A DNA stretch of 64,000 bases from a virus: IMG/VR virus record IMGVR_UViG_3300032284_001716, positions 1 through 64,000 of that record. One strand, written 5' to 3'. The position numbers and the translations under genes are program-made. Shown here in pieces: positions 7,534 through 17,302 of this stretch. Positions within the stretch are counted from its first letter, which is position 1. Each line of letters begins with the position of its first letter. The notes beneath the pieces are model-generated. The model worked only from the letters and a program-made list of their open reading frames with translations. It did not search any database and was not told the origin of the DNA.

Positions 7534-7671
7534 ATGATGACAAAGTGGGACACGATGAGCGAACTAGAGAAAATGGTAGCTCAGGACATGATCCAAGCAG
7601 GGTATGATTATTTAGATCCTGCGGATATTCAAGAATTTTGGCGGGAGATTGTAGCCACATGGACAGAGTAG
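7534..7671 (+). CDS. Hypothetical protein, 45 aa (not in ORF track)
   Basis: AGGAG SD; MMTKWDTMSELEKMVAQDMIQAGYD…DIQEFW. Confidence 0.65.
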   Translation: MMTKWDTMSELEKMVAQDMIQAGYDYLDPADIQEFWREIVATWTE

Positions 7672-7919
7672 TAATATATAGTAGAGAAAATTGCGCCTAC
7701 TGCGCGTATGCTAAGAACCTTCTAGAGACTAAGAATATCCCATACATGGAGCTTAAGCTCGATGTGGATTTCTCTCGAGAGACTTTGCTAGAGAATTATC
7801 CAACAGCTAAGACTTTCCCTGTGATTACAGTCGATGGTTTCTACATTGGTGGTTACTCACAGCTAGCAGAGCGTATTAATACACAAGCAAGTGAAAATAC
7901 ACAACTTCTAACTGAATAG
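7659..7919 (+). CDS. Glutaredoxin
   Basis: CAYC active site, TFPVI, IGGY. Confidence 0.93.
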   Translation: MDRVVIYSRENCAYCAYAKNLLETKNIPYMELKLDVDFSRETLLENYPTAKTFPVITVDGFYIGGYSQLAERINTQASENTQLLTE

Positions 7920-7926
7920 GTGATAT

Positions 7927-8205
7927 ATGAATGTTAAGTATGATCGTGACACAGTCCTTAAGGATCTTCACGAAAATGTGGTTGAAGTTCATTTTACTAA
8001 GGTCAATGGAGAGACACGCGTTCTACGCTGTACTCTCGACCCTAAATACCTTCCGCCTAACTATGATGCCAAGCATCTCGAAGAGCAGCACAAGCGCAAG
8101 GAAAATCTTACGGTTGTCGCCGCATGGGACCTCAACAACCATGGTTGGCGTTCATTCCGTATTGACTCAATCCAGTATCTTCAGGTAATCGACGCAGGGT
8201 ATTGA
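7927..8205 (+). CDS. WYL_2/Sm-like SH3 barrel protein (DUF2693-like)
   Basis: FTKVNGETRVLRCTL…WDL…GWRSFR. Confidence 0.8.
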   Translation: MNVKYDRDTVLKDLHENVVEVHFTKVNGETRVLRCTLDPKYLPPNYDAKHLEEQHKRKENLTVVAAWDLNNHGWRSFRIDSIQYLQVIDAGY

Positions 8206-8206
8206 T

Positions 8207-8491
8207 ATGACTAAATTAGTTATGGTTGAAACTCTCTCACAGTTTCGACATAGATATGTGGTAGAACTGCCAGACAATGCTGAAAATAATTGGGCAGTTG
8301 AGGACGTCATTATCACGGGTGGCGTCGAAGAGTTTAGTCAGACTCACTTAGGTGAGCTTGACTTCTCACACCGTGAAATCACAAAGGAAGAGTATCTGCG
8401 CCTGTTCGATGAGGATGTATCCTACTGTAGGAATTGGTCTGAAGAGCAGAAGCTTAAATTTATCTATAAGTCGGAGGCACTTTCAAAATGA
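8207..8491 (+). CDS. Hypothetical protein
   Basis: Tightly packed ORF in operon. Confidence 0.7.
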   Translation: MTKLVMVETLSQFRHRYVVELPDNAENNWAVEDVIITGGVEEFSQTHLGELDFSHREITKEEYLRLFDEDVSYCRNWSEEQKLKFIYKSEALSK

Positions 8492-9060
8492 ACGTATATT
8501 TCCTTCTTGATCGTAGTGGCTCTATGAGCAGCCTGTGGGGCGAGGCTATCGGCTCCATCAACGCTTATGTAAATAAGCTTGAATCTGATACAAAGGTGGT
8601 TCTTGCTGCCTTCGATAATCAGTCGTATGATATTCTTCGTGACTCTAAAGTCAAGGATTGGAATATTGTAGAGCAGACTGAGTTGGCACCTCGTGGTATG
8701 ACACCACTGTATGACTCATGTGGTAAGCTCATGAATCGTGCACTTGAGGATAATGCTGAAAAGACAGTTCTTGTCGTCATGACTGACGGCGAGGAAAATT
8801 GCTCCAAGGAATATTCTAACAGAGCTATCAAATCAAAGATTAAAACATTTGAAGAGAAGGGCTGGGAGGTTATCTTCCTCGGCGCTAACTTTGATGTTAG
8901 TAAGCAGGCAAGCGATCTTAACGTGGCTTTATGGAAGACTGCTATGTATGAGCCTGGTAATTTTGCTGCATCCATGGATACTCTTGCAACTTCTACTCGT
9001 GCGTATGCATCTGGTATTGCAATGAATCTTACTAAAGACCAATTCAAAGGAACTAACTAA
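8488..9060 (+). CDS. von Willebrand factor A domain protein
   Basis: MIDAS motif DRSGSM, TPLYD, MTDGEEN. Confidence 0.9.
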   Translation: MNVYFLLDRSGSMSSLWGEAIGSINAYVNKLESDTKVVLAAFDNQSYDILRDSKVKDWNIVEQTELAPRGMTPLYDSCGKLMNRALEDNAEKTVLVVMTDGEENCSKEYSNRAIKSKIKTFEEKGWEVIFLGANFDVSKQASDLNVALWKTAMYEPGNFAASMDTLATSTRAYASGIAMNLTKDQFKGTN

Positions 9061-9428
9061 TGTCACACTATTGGGGTTATCATCTTATTCTCGACTGTGC
9101 TGATCTCGACAATGACGCGATCACCAGTTATGACAATGTCTATAACTTTGCTAAGCGCCTTGTAAGGGACATCGATATGGTTGCCTATGGCGAACCACAA
9201 ATCGTAAACTTTGGATCTGGCAACAAAGCTGGATTTACACTCGTTCAACTTATTGAGACTTCGAATATCTGTGCGCACTTTGTGCCTGATGATGGCAATG
9301 GTGGCAACGCCATGTATCTTGACGTCTTCTCTTGCAAGTCATATGATGATGAGGTCGTAATCGATCTTGTTCGTCAGTATTTCGGTGCAAAGTACATTCG
9401 CCCTAACTATCTAACTCGTCAAGCCTAA
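9060..9428 (+). CDS. speD: S-adenosylmethionine decarboxylase proenzyme
   Basis: GYHLILD…LIETSNICAHF…YLDVFSCK. Confidence 0.88.
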   Translation: MSHYWGYHLILDCADLDNDAITSYDNVYNFAKRLVRDIDMVAYGEPQIVNFGSGNKAGFTLVQLIETSNICAHFVPDDGNGGNAMYLDVFSCKSYDDEVVIDLVRQYFGAKYIRPNYLTRQA

Positions 9429-9437
9429 GGAGTTATT

Positions 9438-10046
9438 ATGACTGAAGATTATGATGATTGGTTTGTGCAGGATCATGCGAAACGTTCTAAGAAGCGTCTC
9501 GGTGAGGTGGTTCCTGCTGTTGAGTTTAAAGTTCGTGTTCTTGCTGGCACTGTTGATGGAAGCGATGTTTACCGTTGGGACACACTGACATCTTACGATC
9601 TGTTTGGTGGCAAGCGTGTTATCATCTTCTCTCTGCCTGGTGCATTTACTCCTACTTGTGATACATTCCAGCTTCCTGGTTTTGAGTTAATGTATCATAA
9701 CTTTAGGCTGTTGCATGGTATCGATGCAATCTATTGTATCTCAGTGAACGATGCATTTGTTATGAATGCATGGGCTAAGTCACAGGATATTAAGGATGTG
9801 ACGATGATTCCTGATGGCAACAACACATTCACCCAAAAGATGGGTATGCTTGTTGATAAAGAGAATATTGGCTTTGGTGCACGTAGCTGGCGTTATGCTG
9901 CAATCATCGACCAAGGTCGTATTGAAGCTTGGTTCGAAGAGCCTGGTTTTAGTAATAATGCTGAGGATGATCCGTATGGTGAAACAACTCCAGAAAAGGT
10001 CATGGAATATCTTAACGTTAAGTCTATTGAAAAGGAACGCGACTAA
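9438..10046 (+). CDS. Peroxiredoxin (Prx5/PGdx type)
   Basis: PGAFTPTC, SVNDAFVMNAW, GARSWRYA. Confidence 0.95.
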   Translation: MTEDYDDWFVQDHAKRSKKRLGEVVPAVEFKVRVLAGTVDGSDVYRWDTLTSYDLFGGKRVIIFSLPGAFTPTCDTFQLPGFELMYHNFRLLHGIDAIYCISVNDAFVMNAWAKSQDIKDVTMIPDGNNTFTQKMGMLVDKENIGFGARSWRYAAIIDQGRIEAWFEEPGFSNNAEDDPYGETTPEKVMEYLNVKSIEKERD

Positions 10047-10864
10047 TGAGTATTATCTTTTCTGATTTCGATCAGAGCTCTGAGATGTCGCAAAAGGCTC
10101 TTGAGGCCAAACGTGTTAATGGACCTGAGTACTGGCCTACTATGCGTGAGGTGTTTGCTCATGATGCTGAGACGCTTCCTTTCCCACGTTTTCGTATGTG
10201 GGCATCTTGTTGGAATGTTCCACTAATCACTACTGGACGTGTTGCTCGATTCCTTGGTGCTGCATTTGATGCAGCCTATAAGGATCCTGATATTAGCTAT
10301 GCGTTGACTGAGAACTGGGTCGGTGTGCCTGAAGGCATGGAACAGAACTTTAAGGTCGCCGATGATTTTGACACTAGCATGCAGCGAGTACAGGATGTTG
10401 CACATATTGTTATCTGTGGTTTCTCTCCTGAAGAGATCCGTAATTGCAAGAGCATTGTTGAGATTGGTGGTGGTTATGGTGATATGTGTTCTGTTATCCA
10501 TGATCTAGGATTCAAGGGTAAGTACACGATCTATGACTTTCCTGAAGTTCAGAAGATTCAGAACTATTATCTGACTTCTCAGGGTATCAATGCTAACTTT
10601 GTATCTGATCCAAAGGACCTAGAACCTGCTGAACTTGTTATTGCAACATGGTCACTCAGTGAGATTCCGATCGAGTTCCGTGACACTATCATGGAGAAGA
10701 TCGTCAGCTCTGATAAATGGTTGGTAATGTATCAACAGAAGATCTTTGGCACTATCGATAATTCTGAGTACTTCAAGAAGTGGTTTGCCGATCGCAATCC
10801 TGTCTTTATGAAGCATAATGTTACCGAAGCCGATGGTGATAACACTTATATGGTGATCAAATGA
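10046..10864 (+). CDS. Putative sugar O-methyltransferase
   Basis: SAM motif VEIGGGYG, YDFPEV, ATWSLSEIP. Confidence 0.75.
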   Translation: MSIIFSDFDQSSEMSQKALEAKRVNGPEYWPTMREVFAHDAETLPFPRFRMWASCWNVPLITTGRVARFLGAAFDAAYKDPDISYALTENWVGVPEGMEQNFKVADDFDTSMQRVQDVAHIVICGFSPEEIRNCKSIVEIGGGYGDMCSVIHDLGFKGKYTIYDFPEVQKIQNYYLTSQGINANFVSDPKDLEPAELVIATWSLSEIPIEFRDTIMEKIVSSDKWLVMYQQKIFGTIDNSEYFKKWFADRNPVFMKHNVTEADGDNTYMVIK

Positions 10865-11283
10865 GGCCACAGCTTCCACTAAGAGTCGGGTTTACATGTA
10901 GCGCATTTGACTTGCTACATCCGGGTCATATTGAGATGTTGAATGAGTGTAAGACTCAAGTTGACTGGTTGATTGTTGGTTTGCACTCTGATCCAACGAT
11001 TGATAGGCCTGATACGAAGAACAAGCCTATTCAGTCCTTGTATGAACGATTCGTTCAACTTCGTGCTGTTAAGTTTGTTGACGAGATTATTCCATATGAG
11101 TCAGAGTACGACCTTATCAACATCCTTGGTATTGAACCGATCACGCACCGATTTGTAGGCGTTGAGTACAAAGATACATATGTTGTTGGACAAGACATCT
11201 GCGAGAAGCGCGGAATCAATATTGTCTACAATTCCCGTGATCATCAATATAGCTCAACAGAGCTGAGGAGCCGTTTGAAATGA
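10861..11283 (+). CDS. HIGH-class sugar-phosphate nucleotidyltransferase (TagD/HldE C-terminal-like)
   Basis: AFDLLHPGH, LIVGL, KPIQSLYER, VDEII, YSSTELR. Confidence 0.9.
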   Translation: MRPQLPLRVGFTCSAFDLLHPGHIEMLNECKTQVDWLIVGLHSDPTIDRPDTKNKPIQSLYERFVQLRAVKFVDEIIPYESEYDLINILGIEPITHRFVGVEYKDTYVVGQDICEKRGINIVYNSRDHQYSSTELRSRLK

Positions 11284-11867
11284 GTTTTAGTGACCTGTAT
11301 TTTCGTGAAGTGATTGAAATTGCTGAAGCACTCAATAAAGAAAAGGTAGAGATCCTTGCTAACACCCTCGCATCTACTCGCGACCTCAGTGAAGGACGCG
11401 TATTTATTTTGGGAGTCGGCGGTTCCGCTGGCAATGCCTCTCATATGGTCAACGATCTACGTAAGCTCTGCGGCATCGAGGCTTACTGCCCTACAGATAA
11501 CGTGTCAGAGCTTACTGCTAGAACAAATGATGAAGGCTTCGACACCGTATTTGAAGGCTATCTCAAAGTCAGCCGGCTCAACCATAGAGACACCATCTTC
11601 ATTCTATCCGTCGGCGGAGGTGATGAAGACCGGAATGTGTCAGTAGGCCTTATTAAGGCCATTAAGTATGCACGCGAAGTTGATGCTACAGTTATCGGTA
11701 TCGTAGGCAAGAATGATGGTTACACTGCTATCAAGGCTGATGCAGTTGTAGTTGTACCACAGCTTGAACCATCTCGTATCACCCCTCACTCTGAAGCGTT
11801 TCAGGCTATCATATGGCACTGTCTGGTCTCTCATCCAAAGCTACAAATCAACGCTACGAAGTGGTAA
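11280..11867 (+). CDS. gmhA: Phosphoheptose isomerase (SIS)
   Basis: GVGGSAGNASH, TARTND; SIS fold; cluster context. Confidence 0.85.
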   Translation: MSFSDLYFREVIEIAEALNKEKVEILANTLASTRDLSEGRVFILGVGGSAGNASHMVNDLRKLCGIEAYCPTDNVSELTARTNDEGFDTVFEGYLKVSRLNHRDTIFILSVGGGDEDRNVSVGLIKAIKYAREVDATVIGIVGKNDGYTAIKADAVVVVPQLEPSRITPHSEAFQAIIWHCLVSHPKLQINATKW

Positions 11868-12403
11868 AGAAGGCAATCTTCTTTGATCGAGATGGCGTGC
11901 TTAATCATCTCGTCAACCATGATGGCCAGATGACTGCACCGTGGCATATTGATGAGTTTAGATTCATCGAAGGTGCTGCGGATGCAGTTGAACTAGCTAA
12001 TGATATGGGTTACCTATCACTGGTTGTCACTAATCAACCAGATGTTTATGATGGTAAATTGTCTATTCACCACCTTAAGATGATGATGAAGATGTGCATT
12101 CAGTGGCTTAATGCTGCTGATGCACTAGTAGCTTTTGAACGTGGTTCTGCATGGTACAAACCAAACAATGGTATGTTAGAGACGTTGATTCGTGGTTATA
12201 ATATCGACCGTGGACAATCATATATAATAGGTGACAGATGGAAAGACATCGTCGCCGGTCACAAGAGCAAGTTGACCACTATCTATGTGGGTCCAGAACC
12301 CTATAGCTCCCCAGAAAAATATCAACACATATATCCAGACCATATCGCAAGCAATGTATTAGAGGCTTGCTTTCTCATAGCGGAGATGAACCCAGATGAT
12401 TAA
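11861..12403 (+). CDS. gmhB: Heptose-1,7-bisphosphate phosphatase (HAD IIIA)
   Basis: FFDRDGVLN, VTNQPD, KPNNGML, IGDRWKD. Confidence 0.88.
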   Translation: MVKKAIFFDRDGVLNHLVNHDGQMTAPWHIDEFRFIEGAADAVELANDMGYLSLVVTNQPDVYDGKLSIHHLKMMMKMCIQWLNAADALVAFERGSAWYKPNNGMLETLIRGYNIDRGQSYIIGDRWKDIVAGHKSKLTTIYVGPEPYSSPEKYQHIYPDHIASNVLEACFLIAEMNPDD

Positions 12404-13127
12404 ACTATACGCCGATGGCGCTGATTGGAATGGCATCGTAGATGCTGCTAATGACCCAGATATTAAGGGTTTTACTACTAACCCAACTCTGATGCGTCAG
12501 GCTGGTGTGACTAACTATACTGACTTCTCTACGTTCGCTATCTCTTATCTTGCTAAAAATCGTCCTGACACAACGCTGAGCCTCGAGGTGTTTGCTGATA
12601 CTCCTTCGGAGATTATTCGTCAGGCACGAAAGATCAATGATTGGGGTGATGCAGCCGGTTATCCTGTCTATGTGAAGATTCCTGTTATGTACACTAATGG
12701 TGATTCAACAGGAGATCTTATCAAGCAGTTGAGTCATGAAGGTATCAAGCTGAATGTGACGGCTGTTTTCACTGAGCAACAGACTAGCGAGATTATAGAC
12801 AATCTGTTTATCGATACACCTAGCATTATCTCTATCTTTGCCGGCCGTATCGCTGATGCTGGTCAGGATCCAGAATCGATTGTTACCCGCTGTACGATGT
12901 TGTATGATGATGTTCGTGAGCTTGGTGGTAAGACTGAGTTCCTCTGGGCTTCCTCACGTGAGGCATATAATATTCATCACGCTGCGTGGTCTGGTTGTGA
13001 CATCATCACTATGACACCTGACTTGATTAAGAAGGTAAAAGCCTTCGGCAAGGATCTTACACAGTTCTCACGTGAGACTTGCCAAATGTTCTATAATGAT
13101 GCAGTGAAGAGTGGATTTGAACTATGA
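12396..13127 (+). CDS. talC: Transaldolase (short TalC/FSA type)
   Basis: GFTTNPTL, VYVKIP (Schiff-base Lys), NVTAVF, FAGRIAD, LWASSRE. Confidence 0.92.
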   Translation: MIKLYADGADWNGIVDAANDPDIKGFTTNPTLMRQAGVTNYTDFSTFAISYLAKNRPDTTLSLEVFADTPSEIIRQARKINDWGDAAGYPVYVKIPVMYTNGDSTGDLIKQLSHEGIKLNVTAVFTEQQTSEIIDNLFIDTPSIISIFAGRIADAGQDPESIVTRCTMLYDDVRELGGKTEFLWASSREAYNIHHAAWSGCDIITMTPDLIKKVKAFGKDLTQFSRETCQMFYNDAVKSGFEL

Positions 13128-14134
13128 GTTTTGAAGAGAATGAAGTTTCCATCAATGCAAACGGTGGTACAGAGATCGCCAAGCGTAAGCTAGCACAGAT
13201 TATCGATCCTGAACTACTTGATAACTTCCAGATTGTTAGCTCACGTGTGCGTGAGCTTGATCCTACAAAGATTCGTGTGTTCTGGGCCCATGACCTTGCT
13301 GAGGATCCTGAGTCAAAGAAGTTTCAAGATCGAAGCTTTCAATCAAGCTGGCACAAGTATGTGTTTATCTCTGATTGGCAGTATCAGCGTTATCAGCTAG
13401 TGCATGGTATTCCATACAATGCTAAATCGGCAGTGTTGGAGTCTGGTATTGAGCCGGCACTTGATGATGTGCTTGAGATGAAGAAGAGTGAAGATGGTAA
13501 GATCCATATCGTCTACACATCTACACCTCAACGTGGACTTGAGATTCTTCTTCCTGTATTTGAGAAGCTGACAGAACTGCATCCAGATATTCATCTTGAC
13601 GTGTTCTCATCGTTTAAGATCTATGGATGGGATGATGCTGATAAGCAGTTTGAACCTCTCTATGATCGTATTCGCAACAACCCTAATATGACATATCATG
13701 GGTTCGTTCCTAATGCAGACTTGAAGGCGCATCTCAATAAGTCACATATCTTCGCCTATCCTTCTATCTGGCTTGAGACATCATGCCGTGCAATGCTTGA
13801 AGCTATGTCGGCTGGACTAGTGTGTGTTCATCCTAACTTTGGCGCACTTGCTGAAACATCCGGTGGTTTGAACATCATGTATCAGGGCGACTTTGAAGAT
13901 AAGAACGCACATGCCAATATCTTCATCAACCATCTAAACTCTGCTATCAACTTCGTTCGTAATAATGATCACGGTCCGATGGCTAAGTTCAATAAGGCTT
14001 ATGTCGATGCACGATTTAACATCGAACGTGTTAAGAACCAATGGGAGCTTATGCTGCGCGGGCTACTAAGAGAATATCCTACTGTTGAGTCACGTGCAAT
14101 CAAGAAGCTTCCCGATATGGTTTACAGGACATGA
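13124..14134 (+). CDS. Glycosyltransferase (GT-B, GT4-like)
   Basis: GGTE, YTSTPQRGL, AYPSIWLETSCRAMLEAMSAG (Ex7E). Confidence 0.9.
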   Translation: MSFEENEVSINANGGTEIAKRKLAQIIDPELLDNFQIVSSRVRELDPTKIRVFWAHDLAEDPESKKFQDRSFQSSWHKYVFISDWQYQRYQLVHGIPYNAKSAVLESGIEPALDDVLEMKKSEDGKIHIVYTSTPQRGLEILLPVFEKLTELHPDIHLDVFSSFKIYGWDDADKQFEPLYDRIRNNPNMTYHGFVPNADLKAHLNKSHIFAYPSIWLETSCRAMLEAMSAGLVCVHPNFGALAETSGGLNIMYQGDFEDKNAHANIFINHLNSAINFVRNNDHGPMAKFNKAYVDARFNIERVKNQWELMLRGLLREYPTVESRAIKKLPDMVYRT

Positions 14135-15123
14135 TTGTAACAAGGACACCGTTACGAGTTAGTTTCTTCAGTGGCGGCAGCGACATGCCTAACTTCTTCG
14201 AGAAGGAGAAAGGCGCTGCGCTGTCTGTCACTATCGACAAGTACATCTACGTTATGGTGCATAAGACTCCTCACCTAGGCGTGAAGATCATGTATGACAC
14301 CATTGAGGAATTTCCTGATGTCGAACAGATGCAGCACGCCATCACACGTGAGAGCTTGAAGTTCTATGACATTGATAGAGAGATCACAATTGCATCTATC
14401 GCTGACATTCTAGCTAAGGGTTCTGGCTTGGGTTCATCATCAGCGTTCACTATTGGTTTGGTGAATGCTCTTGCAAACCCAGATCAACACGGCAGTCAGG
14501 TATCACGTGAGTATCTTGCACAGCAAGCATATCACATTGAGCGTGATTTGTGTAAATATCCTGTAGGTAAGCAGGACCAGTATGCATCAGCATATGGTGG
14601 TATGAATCTATTCGAGTTCCATACTGATGGTACGGTTGGTATCCAATCTCTAGCTTACAAGCGTGAGATGTGGAGTAAGCTAGAAGATAGACTTCTCTTA
14701 GTCTACTCTGGCAAGGGCCGTAATGCTAACTCGATTCTACAGAAGCAGGCTGCAGCTATGGATGATAGTGCTAAGTTTGCTCTAGTGCGCCAATCACGTG
14801 ACAAGGCATACATCGGTGCTAAGTTCATTGAGGATGGAAGACTAGACGACTTCGGTTCACTTCTCCATGATGCATGGATGGACAAGAAGGCAGTTGAAAC
14901 TTCGATTACGAATGAGTACTTCGACGAAATATATACTCGTGCTCTTACTGCAGGAGCTCTGGGAGGTAAGCTTCTTGGTGCTGGCGGCGGTGGCTTTTTT
15001 CTTTTCTACGTAGATCCATCTAAGAGAGCAGCCGTTATCAACTCGATTACTAGAGAGACACCATGCAAAGTCTATGACTTCAAGTTTGCCTTGAATGGCA
15101 GCCGCGTGTCGAGCTACAGTTAA
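14131..15123 (+). CDS. hddA: D-glycero-alpha-D-manno-heptose-7-phosphate kinase (GHMP)
   Basis: TPLRVSFFSGGSD, GSGLGSSSA, GKQDQYA, GKLLGAGGGGF. Confidence 0.88.
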   Translation: MIVTRTPLRVSFFSGGSDMPNFFEKEKGAALSVTIDKYIYVMVHKTPHLGVKIMYDTIEEFPDVEQMQHAITRESLKFYDIDREITIASIADILAKGSGLGSSSAFTIGLVNALANPDQHGSQVSREYLAQQAYHIERDLCKYPVGKQDQYASAYGGMNLFEFHTDGTVGIQSLAYKREMWSKLEDRLLLVYSGKGRNANSILQKQAAAMDDSAKFALVRQSRDKAYIGAKFIEDGRLDDFGSLLHDAWMDKKAVETSITNEYFDEIYTRALTAGALGGKLLGAGGGGFFLFYVDPSKRAAVINSITRETPCKVYDFKFALNGSRVSSYS

Positions 15124-15131
15124 TAAATAGA

Positions 15132-15159
15132 TGTACAATCCCACCAGAGATGGTATAAT
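15132..15159 (+). promoter_or_regulatory. Early promoter
   Basis: TGTACA-N16-TATAAT with extended -10 TGG. Confidence 0.65.
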
Positions 15160-15162
15160 TAC

Positions 15163-15543
15163 ATGATGCCAGCCAATAATGTAATAGAGTTCCCTAACAA
15201 GAAGCTACTCAGTAGTGAGCCTAAGGATATGATTGAGGTTGCTCTCAATGTCAATCAAATTAGGTTCAACCATATCAATGAGACTCTGCAAGCCGTAGTC
15301 CCTATGATCTTTAGTAATATCGAGTTAGCTGGGTTTGACTTCATCCCTAATGAGGATGATGAGGATCCAAACATCAAGGACGGAGCATTGCTTGTAGAGT
15401 GTCTACGGTCCATGCTTTGTAAGCACTACAATATCGAGCATCCTCTCCAGCGCGTAGCTGAGGAGCTGTTCATTAGACAAGATGACGACTCATTCACATT
15501 GGCTGACACTCTTGTTATAGACTTCGAGAAAGGAAACGGCTGA
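15163..15543 (+). CDS. Hypothetical protein
   Basis: NNVIEFP N-terminus; lies just upstream of rnh. Confidence 0.7.
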   Translation: MMPANNVIEFPNKKLLSSEPKDMIEVALNVNQIRFNHINETLQAVVPMIFSNIELAGFDFIPNEDDEDPNIKDGALLVECLRSMLCKHYNIEHPLQRVAEELFIRQDDDSFTLADTLVIDFEKGNG

Positions 15544-15555
15544 CGCCGCCATATC

Positions 15556-16404
15556 ATGATTATTGTTGACTTCAACCAAGTGGTACTATCAAATTTGATG
15601 ATGTCATTGGGCAACCACACCAATGCGCAGATTGAAGAGAATATGGTACGACACATGGTGCTGAATGCGCTACGTTCGTTTAAGGTAAAGTTTGGTGATG
15701 AGTTCGGTGAGCTTGTAGTCGCGTGTGACAACACGAATGTATGGCGCAAGCAAATCTATCCATACTATAAGGCTAATCGTAAGAAGAGCCAAGAGAAGTC
15801 CGAACTTGATTGGAAGAGCATCTTCGAGTGCCTCAACAAGATTCGCCAAGAGCTCAAGGATAACTTCCCCTATCGCATCATCGATGTTGAGTCTGCAGAG
15901 GCTGATGACGTCATTGCTACGCTTGTTAAGTACAAGCATGATGAGCAAAACATTCTAATCATGTCAGGTGATAAGGACTTCATCCAGCTTCATAAGTATG
16001 ATGGTGTTCAGCAGTACGATCCCGTACGTAAGCGCAAGATCGCACACGATAATCCTAAGCGTTATCTTATAGAGCACATCTTGAAAGGTGACTCGGGCGA
16101 TGGCATACCTAACGTACTTTCTCCTGATAATTGCTTTGTTGTCGGCGAGCGCCAAAAGCCGATGACTGCAAAGAAGATTGCTCAGTATCTTACTAGTGAT
16201 CCTTCTACTATTGAAGACCCTATTGTTCTGCGTAACTATCATAGGAATCAGCAGCTCATCGACTTGAGCTTCGTTCCTTCATATATAGAGGATAAGGTTC
16301 TAGAGCAATATGACACCCAAAAAGGTAAAGATCGCTCTAAGCTTATGAACTATTTTATCAACAACAAACTTAAAAACCTTATGGAACATATGTCGGAGTT
16401 TTGA
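15556..16404 (+). CDS. rnh: T4-type RNase H (5'-3' exonuclease)
   Basis: IIVDFNQ, YPYYKANR, EADDVIA, SGDKDFIQL, GDSGDGIPN. Confidence 0.95.
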   Translation: MIIVDFNQVVLSNLMMSLGNHTNAQIEENMVRHMVLNALRSFKVKFGDEFGELVVACDNTNVWRKQIYPYYKANRKKSQEKSELDWKSIFECLNKIRQELKDNFPYRIIDVESAEADDVIATLVKYKHDEQNILIMSGDKDFIQLHKYDGVQQYDPVRKRKIAHDNPKRYLIEHILKGDSGDGIPNVLSPDNCFVVGERQKPMTAKKIAQYLTSDPSTIEDPIVLRNYHRNQQLIDLSFVPSYIEDKVLEQYDTQKGKDRSKLMNYFINNKLKNLMEHMSEF

Positions 16405-16405
16405 A

Positions 16406-16843
16406 ATGGGTATGGTAATCGGCATGGCCGAGTTCTTAGAGAATGTATCGAAGCTAAAGAAGAAAGAAGAGAAGGTTGCAGCTCTTAAGCACAATGATAG
16501 TCTTCCTCTTCGTACAATTTTACAGGGTGCGCTGGACCCTAATGTTAAGTGGGCATTGCCTGAAGGTACCCCACCCTATACACCAAACACACTAACGGAT
16601 CAAGAGAGTGTGCTCATTCGCGATATGCGAAAGATTACTTACTTTATTCAAGGTTTCCATCCTAATCTCAAGCAGATCAAGCGTGAGGCTATGTTTATCG
16701 AGATGCTCGAGAATGTAGCACCAAAGGATGCATTACTTCTTTGTTCTATTAAGGACAAGAAATTGCCTTTTAAAGGTATCACTATCGACATTGTGAAAGA
16801 AGCACTTCCAGGATTGATCCCCGATGAGCAAGCAAACGTATAA
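16406..16843 (+). CDS. Conserved T4-like hypothetical protein
   Basis: WALPEGTPPY…KREAMFIEMLE; usual neighbour of rnh in T4-like phages. Confidence 0.75.
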   Translation: MGMVIGMAEFLENVSKLKKKEEKVAALKHNDSLPLRTILQGALDPNVKWALPEGTPPYTPNTLTDQESVLIRDMRKITYFIQGFHPNLKQIKREAMFIEMLENVAPKDALLLCSIKDKKLPFKGITIDIVKEALPGLIPDEQANV

Positions 16844-17054
16844 GTCTATGCGTAAATACGAATACGATGATGCACCTGTATCACGTGTTCGTACTGATAA
16901 GAGTAAAGACCGTAGGGTTGAGAGAGCTCTCAGAGTGAGGAGCATCGAAGAGCTTACGGAGATTGAAGATGAAGGCCTAGATCCCATCGATGTCGAAGAT
17001 GACATCTGGCTTGACGAAACATGGGGCGACTCCATCGATTGGAAAAAGAAATAA
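16824..17054 (+). CDS. Hypothetical protein
   Basis: Overlapping, translationally coupled ORF. Confidence 0.6.
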   Translation: MSKQTYKSMRKYEYDDAPVSRVRTDKSKDRRVERALRVRSIEELTEIEDEGLDPIDVEDDIWLDETWGDSIDWKKK

Positions 17055-17296
17055 TGCCAACCTATAAGTTTCTAAATAATGACACCGGCGAGGAGCACGA
17101 GGACTTTATGAGTATCTCGGCTCTAGATGTATATTTAAGTGAAAACCCTAATCTCACTCAACTTGTTAATGGCGCTCCACTTATCCACTCTGGCAGAGGT
17201 ATGGGTAAGCCTGATAGCAGTTTCCGTGATCTGTTAAAACACATCAAGAAGGGAAACTCCAAAGGATTTACGAGGAGCACTATTAACACTCATTGA
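17054..17296 (+). CDS. FmdB-like small protein
   Basis: MPTYKF…TGEE…; TAATG coupling; precedes phoH. Confidence 0.7.
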   Translation: MPTYKFLNNDTGEEHEDFMSISALDVYLSENPNLTQLVNGAPLIHSGRGMGKPDSSFRDLLKHIKKGNSKGFTRSTINTH

Positions 17297-17302
17297 AAAG
17301 AA

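Noticed and set aside
7419-7607. 62-aa ORF in the track
   Set aside because: Starts within the -35 box, has no SD and overlaps a better ORF (7534-7671)
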